DNA of 22,654 bases from a bacterium (GTDB lineage Bacteria; RUG730), in NCBI GenBank assembly GCA_031551405.1, contig JAVBNQ010000003.1:186001-208654 (forward strand), read 5' to 3'. Below the pieces are notes generated by a model, which saw only the letters and a program-made list of their open reading frames with translations, was not told the origin of the DNA and made no database searches. Positions 18,132 to 22,654 of the stretch are shown here, piece after piece (position 1 is the first letter of the stretch; each line of letters begins with the position of its first letter). A program made the translations under genes and the position numbers.

Positions 18132-18842
18132 CTAATTTTTAAAGTCCATGTCTGAATTATACGCTTTGTCAAATCCTTTCTTTGATGTTTCAACGTCGTC
18201 TTCAAGAACCGGTCTTTCTAAAAATTCTTTATTAAAAATCCAAACTTTTATACCAATTTGTCCATAGGTAGTGTAAGCTTCGGAAAATCCATATTGAACA
18301 TCTGCTCTAAAAGTTTGAAGTGGAACACGTCCTTCTCTAGCCCATTCACTTCTAGCTATTTCAGCACCTCCAATTCTTCCGGATATCATAATTTTTATAC
18401 CTTGAGCATTCATTTTCATTACTTTTTCCATTGCTTTTTTCATTGCGCGTTTATATGAAACTTTCTTCTCGATTTGCAAGGCAATGGTATCTGAAACTAA
18501 TTGCGCATCAATCTCAGGCTTTTTTACTTCCAAAATATTCACAAAAATCTTTTGATTTGTAATTTTTTCGACATTTTTTTTCAAATTTTCAACATCTACA
18601 CCCTTTTTACCTATTATCATTCCAGGCCTAGCAGTATTGATATTAAGTTTTATGTATTTTCCAGCCCTCTCAATCCCAACTGATGAAATTCCAGCATTTC
18701 GATACCTTTTTTTAACAAAATCTCTAATTTTTATATCTTGCTCTAAAAAATCCACATAATTTTTTTTGTTAGAATACCATTTTGAATCCCAACTATAAAT
18801 ATATCCCAATCTCAGTATCTTTGGATGAACTTTTTGTCCCAC
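18132..18842 (-). CDS. rpsC: 30S ribosomal protein S3
   Basis: MGQKVHP, RPGMIIGKKG, GAEIARSE, GRVPLQT. Confidence 0.98.
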   Translation of the reverse strand: MGQKVHPKILRLGYIYSWDSKWYSNKKNYVDFLEQDIKIRDFVKKRYRNAGISSVGIERAGKYIKLNINTARPGMIIGKKGVDVENLKKNVEKITNQKIFVNILEVKKPEIDAQLVSDTIALQIEKKVSYKRAMKKAMEKVMKMNAQGIKIMISGRIGGAEIARSEWAREGRVPLQTFRADVQYGFSEAYTTYGQIGIKVWIFNKEFLERPVLEDDVETSKKGFDKAYNSDMDFKN

Positions 18843-18859
18843 GTACAGAATCCTCCCTT

Positions 18860-19183
18860 TTAGCCTATTAACTCAAGTTTTAATGTAACACTACAGGTCT
18901 TTTTTCGTATAAGCATTGCAGACCCTCTTGCTCCAGGTCTTACTCTTTTCATAGTTGCACCTTGATTGACAAAGGCTTCTTTTATCAAAACCCTATCCGG
19001 GCTTTCTTTCAAATTATTAACACCAGACTTGACAGCTTTTAAGATCTCAGGAGAAACGGCCTTGTTTGTGAAAGTCAAAATACCAATTGCTTTATCAGCT
19101 CTTTTCCCTCGAATTAAATCTAGCAATAAACCTGCTTTTCTCCAGCTTGTTTTTAAATACTTAATTTTTGAAGTTGTAGTCAT
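18860..19183 (-). CDS. rplV: 50S ribosomal protein L22
   Basis: SWRK, DLIRGK, MKRVRPGARG, canonical position. Confidence 0.96.
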   Translation of the reverse strand: MTTTSKIKYLKTSWRKAGLLLDLIRGKRADKAIGILTFTNKAVSPEILKAVKSGVNNLKESPDRVLIKEAFVNQGATMKRVRPGARGSAMLIRKKTCSVTLKLELIG

Positions 19184-19186
19184 TTT

Positions 19187-19474
19187 TTATTTTCCTTTAG
19201 TGGTAGTTTCTTTCTTTTTTTCACCATGGCCACGATACGTTCTGGTTGGTGCGAACTCACCCAACTTATGTCCAACCATACTTTCTGTAACGAAAACTGG
19301 AAGGAACGTCTTTCCATTGTGAATATTAAAAGTATGTCCGACAAAATCTGGTGAAATAGTCGAACTTCTAGACCAAGTTTTTATGGGTTGTTTTTTGCCA
19401 CTTTGCTCTATAGCTTCAATTTTTTTTACCAAGTTTACATTTATAAAAGGACCTTTTTTGGTGGATCTACTCAT
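19187..19474 (-). CDS. rpsS: 30S ribosomal protein S19
   Basis: [29 protein letters not shown]. Confidence 0.98.
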   Translation of the reverse strand: MSRSTKKGPFINVNLVKKIEAIEQSGKKQPIKTWSRSSTISPDFVGHTFNIHNGKTFLPVFVTESMVGHKLGEFAPTRTYRGHGEKKKETTTKGK

Positions 19475-19485
19475 ATTTTTACCTC

Positions 19486-20313
19486 TTATTTTGCGTTTCT
19501 TCGCCTTACAATAAATTTATCAGAATATTTACTTTTTCTAGTTTTATAACCTTTTGTAGGTTGATTCCAAGGAGAGCGTGGATGATTATTTCCTTTGCTC
19601 TTTCCTCGTCCACCACCATGAGGATGATCTACTGCGTTCATGGCAGTTCCTCTAACTGTAGGTCTTATACCCATATTGATTTTTCTTCCGGCTTTTCCAA
19701 AAACCACATTTTCGTGATCTATATTCCCAACTTGACCTATCGTCGCAATACATTCTTTTGCTACAAGTCTTACTTCGCCTGAAGTCATCCTAAGATGAAC
19801 AAAATTTCCTTCTTTTGCCAAAAGCTGTATATATGCACCAGCTGATCTAGCAAGTTGGCCTCCCCGCCCTCTTTTCAGCTCCACATTATGAATCAACGTT
19901 CCATCTGGAATGGCATACATAGGTAAAGCATTTCCAGTTTTTATAGCTGCGTCTTCTCCACTCATTATTTTGTCTCCAACCTGCAAACCAAGCGGATGTA
20001 AAATATATCTCTTGTCTCCATCGCGATATTGTATCAAAGCAATATTTGCGCTTCTATTTGGATCGTACTCAACACTTAAAACCTTTCCTTCAATTCCAAA
20101 ATTATTTCTCTTGAAATCTATTACTCGATATCTGTTCTTACTTCCACCACCTTGATGCCGCACAGTAATAGTACCGGTATTATTTCTTCCAGCTCGTTTT
20201 TTATTCGGTCTTAATAATGATTTCTCAGGACCAACTTTCGTAATTTCTGCAAAATCATTTACAGACATCCCACGTCTACTTGGAGTTGTTGGTTTATATT
20301 TCTTTATTCCCAT
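19486..20313 (-). CDS. rplB: 50S ribosomal protein L2
   Basis: [33 protein letters not shown]. Confidence 0.98.
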   Translation of the reverse strand: MGIKKYKPTTPSRRGMSVNDFAEITKVGPEKSLLRPNKKRAGRNNTGTITVRHQGGGSKNRYRVIDFKRNNFGIEGKVLSVEYDPNRSANIALIQYRDGDKRYILHPLGLQVGDKIMSGEDAAIKTGNALPMYAIPDGTLIHNVELKRGRGGQLARSAGAYIQLLAKEGNFVHLRMTSGEVRLVAKECIATIGQVGNIDHENVVFGKAGRKINMGIRPTVRGTAMNAVDHPHGGGRGKSKGNNHPRSPWNQPTKGYKTRKSKYSDKFIVRRRNAK

Positions 20314-20330
20314 TTTTGCTAAACCCTCTC

Positions 20331-20624
20331 TTATGCTTCTTCTATGAAACTAATTTTGGCATCTTTTTTAAAAGTCACAATCGCTTTTTTCCAGTCAGAT
20401 TTTTGCCCTTCAAAGCGTCCCATTCTCTTTTTCTTGCCTAGACAATTTATTGTATTGACAGACACAGCATCGACATTAAATAAATCTTTAAGAGCTTTTT
20501 TAATTTCAATCTTTGAAGCATCCTTATGAACCTCAAAAAGATATTTATTGTTTTCTTTCATAAAACTCGTCTTTTCTGTTAAAAGAGGTCTCACTAAAAT
20601 ATTATGTTTATTCAAAATCGCCAT
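20331..20624 (-). CDS. rplW: 50S ribosomal protein L23
   Basis: PLLTEK, KIEIK, WKKAIVT. Confidence 0.97.
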   Translation of the reverse strand: MAILNKHNILVRPLLTEKTSFMKENNKYLFEVHKDASKIEIKKALKDLFNVDAVSVNTINCLGKKKRMGRFEGQKSDWKKAIVTFKKDAKISFIEEA

Positions 20625-20626
20625 TT

Positions 20627-21265
20627 TTATTTACCTGCCTCGAATTTCTCATTCAAAAAATCAATACTTTCTTTGTCGCAAATCAAGTAATTAGCGTTCA
20701 TTATATCGTAAATATTTATATCATTCGCATAAACTAGCGACAAATTTTCAATATTTTTTGTAGCTCTAATAAATTTTTCTGCCTTATTTTTTATCACAAA
20801 TAAAGATTTATTTTGATAAAGCTCAAAATTTTTAAGTATTTGCACAACTTCTTTTGTCTTTCCGGTATTATTTTCAAACAAATTATCAACTGCTATTAAT
20901 TCCAAATTCTGCGCTTTTAAAAGTAACGCGCTGACCAAAGCCTTTCTTCTTTTTTGTGCAGGCATAGAATAACTGTAATCTCTTGGTTTTGGTCCGAATA
21001 TAATACCGCCATGTCTCCAAAGAGGAGATCTATTACTTCCAACCCTTGCACGCCCAGTTCCTTTCTGCCTCCAAGGTTTTTTTCCACCTCCAGACACTTC
21101 AGCTCGAGTTTTTGTAGAAGAAGTTCCTTGCCTCTGATTTGCTAAATAATTGACAATAGCTTCATGAATCAATTCCAAATTAATTGTATCTTCAGGATTA
21201 AAGCTATTCAAAAAATTTATTTTGGAAATTTCGCTGCCTTGGATATTTCTTAACACTAATTCCAA
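20627..21265 (-). CDS. rplD: 50S ribosomal protein L4
   Basis: RQGTSSTKTRAEVSGGGKKPWRQKGTGRAR, FGPKPR. TTG start. Confidence 0.98.
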   Translation of the reverse strand: MELVLRNIQGSEISKINFLNSFNPEDTINLELIHEAIVNYLANQRQGTSSTKTRAEVSGGGKKPWRQKGTGRARVGSNRSPLWRHGGIIFGPKPRDYSYSMPAQKRRKALVSALLLKAQNLELIAVDNLFENNTGKTKEVVQILKNFELYQNKSLFVIKNKAEKFIRATKNIENLSLVYANDINIYDIMNANYLICDKESIDFLNEKFEAGK

Positions 21266-21271
21266 TTTTCT

Positions 21272-21961
21272 CTACCTCTTTTTATTTAGTTTTACTTCGC
21301 TTGCCGTAACTTTTCTCTCTTTTTTCTTTTTCAAGAATTTTACTGTTTGCTTAATTTTTAGCAAGCTACCATTAATTCCAGCGCAAGAACCTTTGACTAA
21401 AAGTAATCTTTCTTCCGGCTTTACGTCTACAATCTCCAGTTTTTGAACCGTAACATTGTCTCCTCCGCATCTTCCAGCCATTCTTTGCCCCTTAAAAACT
21501 CTCGACGGATAAGAAGATGCTCCAATTGATCCAGGCGCCCTTCTGTATTCTCCGTGTCCATGACTATGCGATAATCCACCAAAACCATGTCTTTTTATTG
21601 TTCCAGCAAAACCTTTTCCTTTGCTCAAAGACGTGATGTCGATGTACTCGCCTTTTTCAAAAATATCTACATTAAATTCTTGGCCTAGAGCTAAAGAATC
21701 TTCACTACCTCTAAATTCTCGAACATATAACGGACATTCACCATTATTAATATTCTTAAAAAGTCCTCTATATGGTTTAGTGACTTTTTTATCTTTTTTA
21801 ATATCAAGACCTAATTGAATTGAATCATATCCATCTTTTTCTTTTGTTTTCAATCCAACGACCCAACATTTATCCACTTTAATTATTGTTACAGGAACTA
21901 GCTTGCCAACATCGTCATAAACTCGAGTCATTCCAATTTTTGTGCCAATTATGTTTTTCAT
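21272..21961 (-). CDS. rplC: 50S ribosomal protein L3
   Basis: KIGMT, SKGKGFAG, APGSIG, RVFKG. Confidence 0.98.
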   Translation of the reverse strand: MKNIIGTKIGMTRVYDDVGKLVPVTIIKVDKCWVVGLKTKEKDGYDSIQLGLDIKKDKKVTKPYRGLFKNINNGECPLYVREFRGSEDSLALGQEFNVDIFEKGEYIDITSLSKGKGFAGTIKRHGFGGLSHSHGHGEYRRAPGSIGASSYPSRVFKGQRMAGRCGGDNVTVQKLEIVDVKPEERLLLVKGSCAGINGSLLKIKQTVKFLKKKKERKVTASEVKLNKKR

Positions 21962-21973
21962 AAAATTTCCACC

Positions 21974-22285
21974 TTAAAGCTTAATTTCTACGTCTACGCC
22001 GGCTGGTAAATCCAGTTTCATTAAAGCGTCTATAGTTTGAGCTGTTGGAGTCACTATATCCAGAAGCCTTTTGTACGTCTTTATTTCAAACTGCTCTCTT
22101 GATTTTTTATCAGCATGCGGAGATCTTTGGATAGTGTATCTTTTCATTTTTGTAGGCAATAAAATTGGACCAGCGATTGAAGCGCCAGTTCTTTTTGCCG
22201 TAATTACAAGCTCTTTTAAAGATTTATCCAAAATTCGATGATCATATGCTTTTAATTTTATTCTTATTTTTTGTTCTTGTAACAC
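21974..22285 (-). CDS. rpsJ: 30S ribosomal protein S10
   Basis: [31 protein letters not shown]. Confidence 0.98.
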   Translation of the reverse strand: MLQEQKIRIKLKAYDHRILDKSLKELVITAKRTGASIAGPILLPTKMKRYTIQRSPHADKKSREQFEIKTYKRLLDIVTPTAQTIDALMKLDLPAGVDVEIKL

Positions 22286-22314
22286 TTTTAATTCTCTCCA
22301 AAATTTTTAAAAAA

Positions 22315-22653
22315 TTATTCAATAATTTCGCTAATTACTCCAGCTCCTACTGTCCTTCCGCCTTCGCGAATCGCAAATCTCAATTCCTTTTCCATCGCTA
22401 TCGGCGTGATTAACTCTACTACCATTTGCACATTATCTCCCGGCATTACCATCTCTACTCCGGCTGGCAACTCTACCATCCCCGTAACATCCGTTGTCCT
22501 GAAATAAAACTGCGGTCTATACCCTTTAAAAAACGGCGTATGTCTTCCACCTTCTTCCTTCGTCAATATGTACACTTGTCCCTTGAATTTTGTATGCGGC
22601 TTTATACTTTTTGGCGCACAGATTACTTGTCCTCTCTCTATATCTGCCTTCTC
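22315..22653 (-). CDS. tuf: Elongation factor Tu, C-terminal part (5'-truncated by window edge)
   Basis: Frame open to the window end: [42 protein letters not shown]...[13 protein letters not shown]. Confidence 0.98.
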   Translation of the reverse strand, partial: EKADIERGQVICAPKSIKPHTKFKGQVYILTKEEGGRHTPFFKGYRPQFYFRTTDVTGMVELPAGVEMVMPGDNVQMVVELITPIAMEKELRFAIREGGRTVGAGVISEIIE

Positions 22654-22654
22654 G

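Noticed and set aside
18860-22285. Antibiotic-resistance alleles in L22 (RPGARG) and the S10 loop (PHADK)
   Set aside because: Within natural between-lineage variation. No phenotype can be inferred from sequence alone.
22286-22314. S10 leader or attenuator upstream of rpsJ
   Set aside because: Only 29 AT-rich bp separate tuf and rpsJ, enough for an RBS but not a structured leader.

Overview
AT-rich bacterial chromosomal window. About 15.4 kb (7221-22654, minus strand) is a continuous tuf-S10-spc-alpha ribosomal protein superoperon: partial tuf, rpsJ to rpsQ, rplN to rplO, secY, adk, map, infA, rpmJ, rpsM, rpsK, rpsD, rpoA, rplQ. rpmD is missing from its usual position, and the cluster runs directly into mreB-mreC, which converges on dusB. 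The left end holds the 3' part of a UvrD/AddA-like helicase-nuclease and a two-gene unit encoding an exported four-Cache-domain protein and a HydE-like radical SAM enzyme. The most notable non-coding signal is a well-formed 28-bp XerC/XerD dif-type site (4008-4035) with an extra inverted perfect XerD arm nearby, only ~3.2 kb from the end of the ribosomal cluster. The tuf fragment has a strongly purine-ending codon usage unlike its neighbour rpsJ. No rRNA, tRNA, CRISPR array or transposase was seen.
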